A stretch of 64,000 nucleotides of DNA, taken from the NCBI RefSeq assembly GCF_002105155.1, contig NW_019028979.1, positions 434,001 to 498,000 on the forward strand, given 5' to 3'. Shown in pieces: positions 28,729 through 40,346 of the stretch. The translations under genes were made by a program, and so were the position numbers. Source of the DNA: Lobosporangium transversale (lineage: Eukaryota). Numbering within the stretch: the first letter of the stretch is position 1; each line of letters starts with the position of its first letter. The notes beneath the pieces are model-generated. The model had not been told where the DNA came from and did no database searches. It worked only from the letters and a program-made list of their open reading frames with translations.

Positions 28729-29906
28729 CTACTCCATATCCATATCAAAAAGCTGCCCATCCTTAATTTCCTTGGAAGCGGTAGCGTGAGCTATAAAGAG
28801 CCATGATTACAAAGTTGTAACAACGAAATCAGACATATTTTTCATATAGATAAAAAAGGCTAAAGCATAACCAGCCGCTTGTTAAGCGCCATTCTTGCAT
28901 GAATACAATAGAGCGCATAAGCGCACAGACATTCTCTTTACCTTTGGCATCCTCCTCCTCTTGCGCCTTTGCAATAGCCTTGCGCTTCTCTTCATCCGAA
29001 TCGTTGTCAGAATCAGAATCAGAATCGTGAGTCTCAACATTGAGGTGCGAGCGGCTGTGGTGGCTTCCAGCCTGGTGAGGCAGGCTCCCACCAGTTACAC
29101 CAGCGACAAATGCGAGCTTTGCAGGAGGGGTGCGCGACAAAGGCGAGTTACGAAGGTTCAACAAGGTGTTGCGATCATAAATGATTCGAGTTCCTTTTTG
29201 AATTTTCGTAGTATATATGAAGAAAAAGAAAAAGGAAAAAGAATTTGGGTTGTTAGTTGTTAGTTGCGTCACATTTTTTTATCAAGGAGCAATTGTCCTT
29301 GTAAATGGCATAACATGCTAGAGTGTAGAAATTGGTGTCACAATGAAACCCAATTGTGATCCAGAGAGTCAAAATTTCCTCCACCTCACTAAGTTTTGAA
29401 TAAATAAGCAGCAGACCAGCTTGTGTACAAGCATGTATTCCTCGCAGCCATTGGAATCATAAAGGTTATGAGCTATCCTGACTTCTCTTTCGTTGGTGGA
29501 AAAAATCCTGTCTCCTGATTTGATCATTGATGCACCTGACCTGTATGTCTTCGTGGGAAAGGCTCTTGTGTAGGGGAAATATAAGAGGTTGGTCTCACTC
29601 AATGTTGTGATAGACAGAAATAAAAATTCTGTCATCCTGGTTTTTGTGGCAACCAATCTTTGAGGTGTCATGAGTGAGCCACTCGGGGCAAAATGCAACA
29701 ACCCAATAATATCGTTTCTTCGTTGGAAATATACAAATAAAGAGCAAAACAAAGGTCTACGATGATGCTGATTCTTTTCTTTTGTTACCTCCAGGAGTGC
29801 TCGAATAGATGGTACCACCGGGGGTGGTGCCATAGTCCAAGGGGATAGGCGTGCCGGGTTCAGCCCGTCTGCTTGGAAGAGGAATCGCCTTGGAGTTGGT
29901 TGACAT
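28729..29906 (-). CDS. EIF4EBP: eIF4E-binding protein (4E-BP); exons 29789-29906, 28942-29193, 28729-28790
   Basis: Spliced [12 protein letters not shown]...[40 protein letters not shown]...GQLFDMDME*; canonical YxxxxL-phi eIF4E-binding motif. Confidence 0.93.
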
Positions 29907-30444
29907 GTTTTATGCTTCTACTTTGACGATTTCGGTGGGTATTCTCGTTTCCGTTCTCTACTTTTATTCAGATGAGATTAGGGAAAAGTGAAGGAGACAC
30001 CACAAGTAAAATGAAGTGGAGGTTATGGTAAAAGTAAGATTAGTTAAATTCGTCAGGTCATGAACCCTCCCTGCTGCCTGAGTTTGTCTCATCCTGGCCT
30101 CAGCATCACAAGAGAATTATCTTTACTGCTCAAGACTATTTGAATATGTTGTTCTTAAGAAATAATAAGATTGTGTTTGTGTGTGTGTATGTCGATGGCT
30201 CACTCATTTCTCATTACTCGGCTTCATCCACTGCAAGGGACACATGCAATACCTTGATCGAAAGCAAAAAAAGCAGTGGTTGAACACAAAGAGAGCGCCG
30301 CACTACTTTATAAAAAGGCAAAAAAAAAAAAAAAACAAGATTTGGTGTCACGTGCTTGAGGCATATTCTGTCTGGAGAATAGGTATCCAGTCGCGATCGA
30401 TCCTTTGCTCAAAAAAAACTTCGTTGGTCTATGTTGGAAATAAC

Positions 30445-32008
30445 ATGCGACGCATTAAACCTCAGCGCCGAAAGGCTTCTCCGGCCTACTCTCAAGATCA
30501 ATTAGGCGCACCAAGCCTTAAAGAAAGACATCTTCCTTTTTCTAATACTCAGAATTATCACCAAAACCACACTCACACTCCGACCTCAAGCCAGATCCAA
30601 GACGACGGAGAAAAGGTTAGAGCTTCTGGCCTAATGATCACATCGGAAAAAACCATATAAACTGTCCATAAGCCTTACAGAGTTCTCGCGCGCACAGCCA
30701 GACATAGGCTCGAACAATAAGGACGCTGAAATTGAGAGTGATGACAGCATAAGCATACTGCTCCATGAGTTTGATGACGACCTAGAAAATAGTATCAGTA
30801 GAAAGTCACGTAGAGTCGAGAGCTATTTAACCACAAGCAGCATTCAGCGCCATCAAACCTCAAAGATACAAAAACATGGCATTACTGATAAAATTCATCG
30901 AGGTTCAAAAGAAGCTAAAGAAATTAGCTCTCTAAAGGATTCAAAGATGGGGGATCCTGACGAAGATCTTGCTGTTGAGGATGAGCTACTTTCGTCCTTG
31001 GAGTCTGTTGATATGGACTTTAGGCTAGGCACAGCTTCGACGGCGATAAGCAGCTCGATCACCAAGGCCACTAAGAGCGCGTCTTCAACACATTCCATTT
31101 CAGAAGCTCAAAACGCTATTGATGATATTGATCAAATGCTCATGGAGAACTCTTCAACTGCTTTCAGTCCTTTATATGAACGCTCAGCTTCAGCGGAGTC
31201 AAACATTGTAAAGGCCGAACAAGTGCAACCTTTCCCTGATCCGGGTTTGGATAAGCTTGACTCATCTTTTGAGGATAAGGATATTTCGGAGAAATCAAAC
31301 TATAAAGAAAACAATGGAAAGGTCTACGACGCTGCCAAGATGAAGCTTTGTGGAGGCAAGTTTATTTTTAAGGCTCCTGAGCCATCTTCTGTCCATACTC
31401 AAATCGATAGCACCAAACATCAGGATGGTAAAGAAGCACTTCAGCACGACGAAACTTTGTATGAAGAAGAATCATCGAAAATAGATACCGCGAACGATAG
31501 TCCTTCCATAGCCCGCGTGGATATTACTGAGAATTTGGAGCAAGATCAAATCGAACCAAACTCGAATGCATTTGAAGTACCATCGACTGCTGCGGAATTC
31601 AAGTCGCGTCTTGATGGTTAAGGACAGCCTGCTCTTTTTTTTTTTGTTGCATTACGAGTTGTGACCGGCACTCCTTACTATGATTACACTATTCCATTAC
31701 TTTCACTACGCTAGATATAAGCGTCAAGTTCCAATCGACCTTGAACAAAATGATTGAAGCAATACAGTATGTTCTTAACTTGTGCTTATTTTGCTCAGAT
31801 GCTCAGTCGAAAATATCATTAATATCATTGAAATTGTCCAATATCTTTTTTGAGTGATGTAAATAGTCTCCATGAGTCGCTCAAAGACAATCTCTTGGGA
31901 CACCAAGCTTATCTCGACCAAAGAGGACGAGGAATTCATAGCAGAGTACAGGAGCTTCAGAGAGATGCGGCTACTTTGCACGCGAGAGCCTCAAAAGGAT
32001 TAGCCTGA
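30445..32008 (+). CDS. Hypothetical acidic, disordered protein with helical C-terminus (about 4 exons)
   Basis: Open frame of about 930 nt (30683-31616) with coding-like composition; GT-AG joins to MRRIKPQRRK upstream and to DISVKFQSTLNKMIEAI / LHESLKDNLLGHQAYLDQRG...KGLA* downstream; no family recognised. Confidence 0.6.
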
Positions 32009-32184
32009 AGAGTGTTTAGATAATCGATGACTCCCCTTGCTATTCAACACAATTAAAAAAAGAGGCCCCACTCTCAAATAAATAATGCCAGCGTACCAAT
32101 AGTCACAAACCTCGTCAAAAAAAAAAAAAAAAAAAAAAAAAGATCGTATTTCTCCATTAACTTTTAATCACATCTCAATTGATC

Positions 32185-33209
32185 ATGGAACCAACAGAAT
32201 CACACGATGATGCTCTTGCAGATCGTATAATGAAGTATGCGACCTCCAAGGACTCTAATAAACTTCCAGCTTTCCCTGGGGATGATATTGAATCTCTCCC
32301 CTCCGATTACGAGTATAACGAAGGAGACGACTATCAAGAAGAAGAAATTGAAGAGATATCCGAGATGGATTTACTACAACAACTGGACGCATCAATCCCT
32401 CCCTTACTTTTAGCACAGGAGCTCTTTAATGAAAACGTTGATTCCAAATCTTTTAAGGTTCTTTCTGCAGACAATGGCAACGAACTCTTCCATAACGGAT
32501 TTACTGTTCTTGAGAACGTGATTGACCCTTCGATAATTCAAACAGTACGTGAGTGGAGCATACACATGTTCAAGACGGGCCAAATGGATAAGGCCAGTGG
32601 GAGGCACGACGAGGAAGAGGACCCATTTCGAGAGGGTAATGCTCGTGGTGATTATACGATCTGGGTCTCCCCTGGATCAAAGTTTTTGGAGCAATCCCAA
32701 GCATTGAACGATTGCGTAGATTGGTTTTCAAAGCAATTGCACGATGACCTTGCTAAACTCGTGCACTTGCATGGAGATGCAGAATATCAATTGGCATACT
32801 ATCCTCCAGATTCAAGTCATTATGAACGCCATCGTGATTCCTTCCCTACGAATGATCGTGAAGACCGGGATCAACGTCGAATAACCGTATGCCTTTTTTT
32901 TTTTTTTTTGTTTTTTGTTGGAAAAAATCGATGAATTGGTGTGCATTTCTTACTAGAAATCTATGTCGCTTATTCCTTTAAATTTATTATTATCATCTTT
33001 AGGCAATTGTATATTTCAATCCAGAGTGGACTCAAGGAGATGGCGGCGAACTCAGGATCTTCGATAAGGGTATGGGCGATGATGGAGAAAAGCAAATTGA
33101 TATTGCTCCCAAGGCTGGACGCTGTGTACTTTTCCTAAGTGGAGTCATAGATCATGCTGTTCTTCCTTCCTTCAAAGAACGTATCGCTCTCACTTCATGG
33201 TACCGATAG
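32185..33209 (+). CDS. EGLN/PHD-like 2OG-Fe(II) prolyl 4-hydroxylase; exons 32185-32886, 33003-33209
   Basis: RGDYTIWV, YQLAYYP, YERHRDS (HxD), RRIT|AIVYFNPEW..GDGGELRIF, IAPKAGRCVLFLS, DHAVLP..KERIALTSWY (distal His, 2OG-binding Arg). Confidence 0.88.
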
Positions 33210-33322
33210 ATCACATAAGAAAAGCACATTTATACAATATATATCAACTAAAGTGGATTAAAAACAGATAGCATGTACTTTAGAAAAAAATCTATTTAGC
33301 AATTCTCATCTCTACTTTCCAA

Positions 33323-33441
33323 TTTTTTTTTTTTGATAATGAGGACCAATGTGGCCACGTAGGATTTATTTAGATGTTAGCTCTATAAATGGATTGTCCC
33401 ATTACTGGGGAAAGCCTCCCAGTAGACCCTTCGGTTACCGC
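33323..33441 (-). mobile_element. Short poly(A)-tailed retroposon unit C (shared head, about 90 nt body, shared 3' hairpin tail, A12)
   Basis: Minus strand: GCGGTAACCGAAGGGTCTA...GGCCACATTGGTCCTCATTATC-A12. Confidence 0.6.
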
Positions 33442-33518
33442 TTTTTTTTTTTTTTTTTTTTTTTTTTTTTGATAACAAGGACCCTCAGGGTCATGGGTAG
33501 ACCCTTCGGTTACCGCGC
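33442..33518 (-). mobile_element. Very short poly(A)-tailed retroposon unit B (head, 3' tail, A29)
   Basis: Minus strand: GCGCGGTAACCGAAGGGTCTA-CCCAT-GACCCTGAGGGTCCTTGTTATC-A29. Confidence 0.65.
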
Positions 33519-34204
33519 TTTTTTTCTTTTTTTTCGTGTTAACAAGAACCCACAGAGGTGAGGAATTTTATTTCATAATCTCGCTCTAAAGTAATGATAT
33601 CGCCCTCAACTATGAAACAAGCGAAACTCTCAAAGTTCGCACGGGATGGCTGTGAAGAGCCAATTCGTATCCATGTTTTTCTCTACCAATGTACACCGTG
33701 ATCGGTACTCGAAGTCCATCCTTCCGATGTGGCCTGTTGCACCCGTGAAAAGCCGCGGAGGCTGGCGTGCCGACTCTAGCCAAGGACGACTTTTAATTTT
33801 TTTCTATTCGATCAAATCCACTGGCATGTGGACCCAAATCTTGCGGGATTGGTCTGAAATTTCTACTTTGGACTCCGTCAAACTTTGTGATCATCGCTGT
33901 CCTAGTCAAGTGGGTGGATGGGGGGGATGTGCTGCCAGATGTACCGCTGGTTCGGCTGGGGGGTGGAATATAAACCTAAGACATGTGGCCAGCCAGGCGA
34001 CTTAGGGTAGTGCACCCACGATCTTAGCCTTAGCGGAGAACACTAGGCTGTCTCGGAGAGAAAGTATAAAAACTCAAGCAAATCCCTGACCTGGCACATG
34101 TTTGCTTCACTTTATGTGCCTTAACCAGGACTCGAACCCGGCCCCTGGGCTAGACAGGAGGGTGCCCTGACGAACGAGTATACTAGACCCTTCGGTTACC
34201 GCGC
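33519..34204 (-). mobile_element. tRNA-derived SINE-like element, unit A (about 690 bp)
   Basis: Minus strand has A-box-like TAGTATACTCG (or TAACCGAAGGG) and B box GGTTCGAGTCC at tRNA-like spacing; no complete acceptor stem; GC-richer than flanks; ends GGGTTCTTGTTAACACG plus A-rich tail; bounded by identical 21-nt repeats at 33498-33518 and 34184-34204. Confidence 0.75.
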
Positions 34205-34311
34205 GAGTAGCCTTCCATGAAGTAAAAAACTATTAATTGCTAAAATCATATAGTTGGTCACGTGTTGTGTTCAGATTTATATAGTTAATTATTGCCTTCA
34301 TCCTCCGTTCC

Positions 34312-34384
34312 GGAGGATTGGCGCAATTGGCAGCGCGTCCGTCTCCAAAGCGGAAGGTCGGGAGTTCAAGTCTCTCATTCTCCA
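34312..34384 (+). tRNA. tRNA-Trp(CCA), intronless, 73 nt
   Basis: Acceptor GGAGGAT/ATTCTCC, D arm GCGC/GCGC, anticodon stem TCCGT/GCGGA with loop CTCCAAA, T arm GGGAG-TTCAAGT-CTCTC, followed by oligo(T) Pol III terminator. Confidence 0.96.
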
Positions 34385-35640
34385 TTTTTATTACTCATTT
34401 AACGAGTGAATAACGGGGTTTTTTGGACGAAATTATTTACACGGAGACTGTACAAATAAAGTGTGTACTAGTCTGTCCAAATATCTTTTTGGTTTTAGTA
34501 ATGGTCATTTGCATGGCACCCTCGTACACACCTTATTCACACTGCCAATGTGCGAACAAATTTTTTTTTTATTTCCACGGGGTTTACTATTTCAGTCTTT
34601 CAAGAATTCCAAGAAACCTTGCCGATAGAGAAACATGTATTCATGTCCTTATGTGCGATGAGGATGTCGTCAAGATATTGTCTCAAGAAGATGTTGTCAG
34701 CTTCGATAAATAGTCTGATGAGAAAAAATGGCTAATCTAAGGTCGGCTCTCACTGCCAAGTCCTAGCAGAGCTAAACAAACGAGATACCAGAGTTTTTAC
34801 AGATAAAACAGGGAATAAAAGCCAAATAACGCTAGATAGATTGCCAAGCAAATCATGAGGGTATTCCTTGGCAGTTGGGCTGCCAATTAGTTAAATCCTA
34901 TCTTTTTCTTATTTTCTCACATAGATAAACATCAATTACAGTCCCATAAAACACTCCTTATTATCATGTCGTTAAGGCGAGAATATTTATTCATGAAACA
35001 ACCTCCTTGGACATGTTAATTATGGCACGAAAATAATCCGCCTCTAGCCAGTCACTTCAGCGAAACGCCATCTCTCTATTTTTCCATTTCTCTGGTATTG
35101 GTTATGGGCTTCACTACAGTAGTAAGCAACCCGGAACTCGTGCACGCTGCCCTGAAAGCACGGATGTCAAAGCCAGGAACTATGAAGTGAAGAGACTGAC
35201 GGTGTACATCTAGCTGGCCCCAGAAGGGTGTTATTTTTTTGACATTTTGTATTTGAGTTATAGCCGGTTTCCTTTCTTTAATTTTGTCACCAAGTCTATG
35301 GAAAATTTGTAAACGAGGAGAACCATGATTGCATGGCGCTTGAGACGAGGTCCTCTTGAGAAAACGAACAATAAGGCGTGTACGGGGCTGCGGGGAACAG
35401 TTAGTAATCTAAATGCAGATGTAGAATGTGAGATACCAACGTTTCTAACGTTTTTAAATCTGTAAATCAGATTTATGTTATCAAGTGCGTACGCAAGAAG
35501 TAGGACTATCAATTTTATATTATTATTATAATTATTATTATTATTACTATTATTATTATTACTATACACATTAGAGATACGTTTGCATACTACACTTGCG
35601 TCTATTTGAAATGAATCAGGTCCAAGTTCATAAAAAAATT

Positions 35641-38414
35641 TTACTTCTGCTGCCCTTCCCAGTAAATCTGATGGCGACCAACTTCAAACAAGTCAAAGTC
35701 CTTGGGATAGTCACCCTTGCTCAATTTATGCTGGGCAGCAACAACGATCTGGTAAAAACCCTTGGGTATAGCCTCAGGTATCTCGGATGGGTTCCTAGTC
35801 TTATAGACCTTACCATCCCAGACCCAAATACTGAAGAAGAGAGAGCCATTACTAAAATGGTTGGGGTCACGTCCCTGCCAACCAAAAGCAGCTCCTCGGT
35901 TGAGAGTATGGGCGTATCCAACAAACTTATTGCTCTCAGCATCGAAAATACGAATGCTAAGGTCAGGAGTGTGGGAACCTAGACGAGTAATCACAGCTGG
36001 CCACTCATCCATAGCCAAATTAAATTGATACTCTGGAGTAATTGGCGTCAATTGGCCATTAGACTTAACCGACAATAACATAGGGAATCCATTATCAGTG
36101 TCAAGTGTTGGAACCTTGGCAATATCTCCCTTGATACCAGTGTATGGAACGTGGACGGCAACGCCTCCCTTAGACTTAGGAGTGGCAACAACAAAACCAG
36201 AGTAAAGAGGGAAGCTAAAAGCATCACCCTTCTTTGGTTCCTTGAACGTCAGGGTGATCTTAGCGGTCTTGCCAGCAGGAATCTTGACCTTGTCTGCAGA
36301 AAATTTGACTGTAGCATAGTCGGCTTCAATGATGGGGTTACTAAAGGGGAAGGTGTTCTTGTCAGGGTACGAATTCAAAGCTTCAGCGGGGATATGAGAG
36401 AGAGAATAGGTCTCAGTGTGCTTGCCCTCGTTCTTGACCCGAATTTCGACAGTTCTCTTAAAGTGAGTCGAATCGAGAAGGTCAATATGGTCGGGTGAGA
36501 TAGAGGTCGTGGTGGTAATGGCATTCAAGACGTTAACGAGACCAGCGCCTTGCTTGGCAGCAGAAGCCTTGATCTTGGAGCCATAGTTGGTGGCAATGGT
36601 TGCGGTGTTCTTCAAAACCTGACGGATTCTATCGCCACGGGGCCTGGACCCCTTGGCCTGCATGTACAACGCATGAGCGCCTGCAATGTAAGGAGTAGCC
36701 ATGGATGTACCAGAGAAAACACCATAGGCATCTTGGCCAAGAGGTAGAGCGGACAAAATATTACCACCAGGTGCAGCAAGATCGGGCTTGGAACGGAGCT
36801 CGCCATCCAATCCGAAAGAAGAAAAGTCAGAGGGAGCGCCACCACCTTCGATCAAGAAGTTGGAAGGCTTCTTACTCCAAACCAGTGAGGTCTTGGGGTC
36901 TTTCTTCCAGACAGTAACCATGTTATTACCAGCCTTGTTCTCAACAGAGCCCATAGGAAAGTTGGGGATGCCACCTACGGCTACGAGTCCAAAAGGAGTA
37001 GTTTGAATAAGGATACCAACGGCCCCGGCAGTCTGAGCATTGGAGGCACGAGCACCAGAATTACAGCGAGAGAAATCACCAAAGGCAAGGACGACCTTGT
37101 CCTTGACATTGATAGTCTCATAAACGGCGGGATCACATCCGTCTGAGAGCGAGCCATCCTCCTCAAAAATGGGGACGAGAGAAGCGCTGGCAGGGAGCTT
37201 GATACGCTGACCATAGCTTTCTGATGGGAAATAGGGGTGAGCAACACCACCGTAAGAGACCGAATCGTAAAGTCCATGAGTATTGTCGAACGAAGCGACA
37301 CAACTAGAAAGATCCCCCAAACCAGCATCAGCAACCATCCAGACGCCTTCAGTGCCATCGTTACCAGCAGCAGCAGCTAAAGCCATGCCACGTGCAGCCA
37401 ATCTGTCACCGAGGATAGCAATAGGATTGTTCTTGTATGCAGATCCGCCTCCTAGAGACAAATTGATGATCTAAAAAAAAAAAAAAAAAAAAAAAAACAA
37501 ACATTTGTGAGCAAAGTGTAGCAGAAATAGTGTGCATTGCCGAGATCCGGAAACACACAGACCCTTTGTGATACGAGACAAGGCGAAATTATAGAACTAC
37601 TCCTTACATCCATGCCATCGTTGAAGGCCAACTCCATGGCAGCGAGGATAATATCATCTCCAGATGAGCCATCGCAACCAAAGACACGGTAGGCACCGAG
37701 GGTAGCTTCCGGAGCGACACCGACGAAAGGTTGAGGAGGTTTAGGCACGGTCTTTGATGTCAAGGGACTACTACCAATGATACCAGCAACATGAGAACCA
37801 TGTCCTTGACAATCACGAGGATCCGAGCTAGGTTTAGGTTCATTCCGACCAGTATAGTCATCACCGACAAAGTCCCAACCGTACTTAATACGGCAATCCT
37901 TGCCATAGCGTGCAAAGCATCCTTCCTTAGCACCAGGGGCAGCGAAGGAAGGGTGCTTGTAGTCGATACCAGTATCAATGATGCCGATCTTGATGCCCCT
38001 TCCAGTCAACTTGTATTTCTTATGGACGATGTCAACGCCAGTCATGGAATGGGGAGAAGTCACCTCTGGATCATTAATCTGTTTGTTGCTCTTCTGAAGC
38101 TTAGGAATCCTGTGTAATGTAATAGGCCAGACGTTCTTGACAACAGGTAGCCTGGAGAGCTCATCACCCTTATGACCTGACTTTACAGTAATAGCAGCTC
38201 CGTGGAGGATATTGTAGTGAGTACGGATCTTGAAATCAATATTATGGGCTTTCAGGCTAATCTGAACTTGGTTGTGGCTAACATTAGGCTGGTACTCTAT
38301 GATATAGCCAGTAGAATCAATATCACGGGGATCGATTTTCTGAGGATGGAATGTACCTGCAGAGACCAAAGAGGCCGCTGCCATGACAGAGACGATGGTG
38401 GCCGTGATTCTCAT
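35641..38414 (-). CDS. Secreted subtilisin-like S8 serine protease with PA domain and C-terminal Fn3-like domain; exons 37608-38414, 35641-37470
   Basis: Signal peptide MRITATIVSVMAAASLVSA; catalytic triad IIDTGIDYKH, GHGSHVAGII, SGTSMATPY; AAAGNDG oxyanion Asn; KPDLAAPGGNI. Confidence 0.94.
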
Positions 38415-38909
38415 GGCGCTTTTCTATGCAATGATAGGGGTATAATGTAGCAGAGATGTTTTTAGAGTCTGACTATCAAAATCTATGGAGAAGAGAGAGA
38501 ATGGGAGGATGATGAAGAAGAAGAAGAGGGGGGAGGAGAGGAAGAGGATAGGTTGAGGATTGTTGAGTCCTTGATGGCTAAAGAAAAGAAAAAAAAAAAT
38601 ATAGACCTCTCCTGACTTTGAAGGTTGAGAGTGACAATTGGAGCCCATTTCATTGTCGTTTCCTTTGAGATTGCCGTTATTTTGTACATGTGGATGGGCC
38701 CATGTCTTCAGAGCCTTCGTTTTTAGATCGATGGTTTAGATTGATTCTAGTCCCTCCCGCTACAAGGCATGCAAAACGGAAAGCAAGGTCTTCTAGCACT
38801 TGCCACCTTTTTTTTTCTTTATTTTTATTTTTACTTTTTTACTTTTGAGAAAAAAAATATAGGGTACAAAGATAATACGTATAATACACTAATATTGAGG
38901 ATAAAAGTC

Positions 38910-39937
38910 TCAACGATTCATAAAGTTCTCCTTCTGACTCCTTACATTACTATTGTAAAGAGACTGAATAGCTGAGGACTTTTGTCTCATGGCATTGGCA
39001 GCCATTTGCTCTGCTACTTTAGCCGCAACAGCTGCAGTCAATGAATGAGTGGGAGAAGGTGCCACTGGTGCTCTTGCTAATTCTGAAGCTGCCGTATATT
39101 GTTTTTTGTGCCTGGAGCTGTCCGTTGCTGCCTCGTCTAGCTTGCGTTTGTTAGAAGAAGTCTCATGCAACGTTGAGTCTGTTTTGCCCGTCTTTTCGGT
39201 CTGTTCCTTCTTACTAGCCTTATTCTTCTTCTTTTCCTTCTTTTCTGCTAGTGCTTTAAGTTGTTTCTCCAATAGAGCTTCTTCCATAGCTTCCTGCTCC
39301 TCTGGTTTAGGATTAAGAACAATCACATTCAGTGATTCAAATGGCTTCGCGCACTATCAAATAGAAATATGGGAGTAGAGAATATGAATAATCATTAGAA
39401 TCTGAATAGCATGTGGGGACATCCATTTTTTCCTCAAAGACTTGAAAATTGAGCCAGTTGTACCTTAATACAGGTCGTAGAGGGGACCTCCTTTAAAGCT
39501 TGTTCTGACATGACGCAACCACATGTATCCAGATATACAAATCTATGCTTTCCATTCATCTCCTTCATAGTAATTGGGCAAATAAAGCGAGCGACTGGCT
39601 CCTGATCATGATTTGTGAGACTGGGCGAGTGGTCGGGGGAGAAAGAAGGGTTGGGCTCCAGTTGTAAGGTTACAACATCCTTGAGTGATTTGATGTGCTT
39701 ACAAATCCGATCTCCATCACCATAAGCAGTTCTGTCAAGAAGGAATTCTAAAATGGCATCTCTATTGTAGAGTTTTCCGAGTCCACATGATACAATGGGT
39801 GTGCTCAGAGGCTTCTTAGAGAGTGCACAGGAGAACCATTGTACTCTGTTAAGGATGCTCTGGTCGACTTTGGTTTGTTTCTGCTTCTGCTTGACAAGTT
39901 CATCTCGCTTAGGAATGGAGCCTCCGTCACAACCCAT
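38910..39937 (-). CDS. RTF2: Replication termination factor 2 (Rtf2 RING-like); exons approx. 39464-39937, 38910-39353
   Basis: MGCDGGSIPKRDELVK, CALSKKPL, GLGKLYNRDAILEFLL, HIKSLKDVV, FICPITMKEMNGKHRF..CGCVMSEQALKEV. Confidence 0.93.
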
Positions 39938-40346
39938 ATTATGGCCGAATTTCTTTCTTTCTAATAGATGGTGTAAAAGTGATGTCCTGTGGAATAGAGT
40001 ACGGTGTACTGTGAAGATAATTAAGAGGAGAGGTTTTTTCTTTTTTTAAAAAAAGCGGCTTTTAAATATATACGATCATGTGATGTATGACAAAAATGGT
40101 AAAATGCAGAATCGCCATATCGGAACAGTGTCCTGACATGCAGGACAAACGCAAATATCCATGTCTATTTGTCACACGTTTGGAGGACTGTTCCTCAGCC
40201 CATCATCGCACTTTCTTCCTTTCTTCTATTCATTTATTTGTTTTACAGGACATACTCTTACTCCCATTTTCCATTTTCCCCATATTGTCATTCATTCGTG
40301 ACATTCAAAGCGCGTCCACTCAAATTTTACTTTTATTTTTTGCGTC

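Noticed and set aside
33423..34204. Three 19-21 nt direct repeats as a CRISPR-like array
   Set aside because: Spacers are very unequal (56 and about 665 nt) and carry poly(T); the context is eukaryotic with no cas genes. A retroposon explanation fits better.
34166..34230. Hammerhead-like CTGACGA core in the SINE head (+ strand); also CTGATGAG at about 34715
   Set aside because: No stem II followed by GAAA and no flanking stems.
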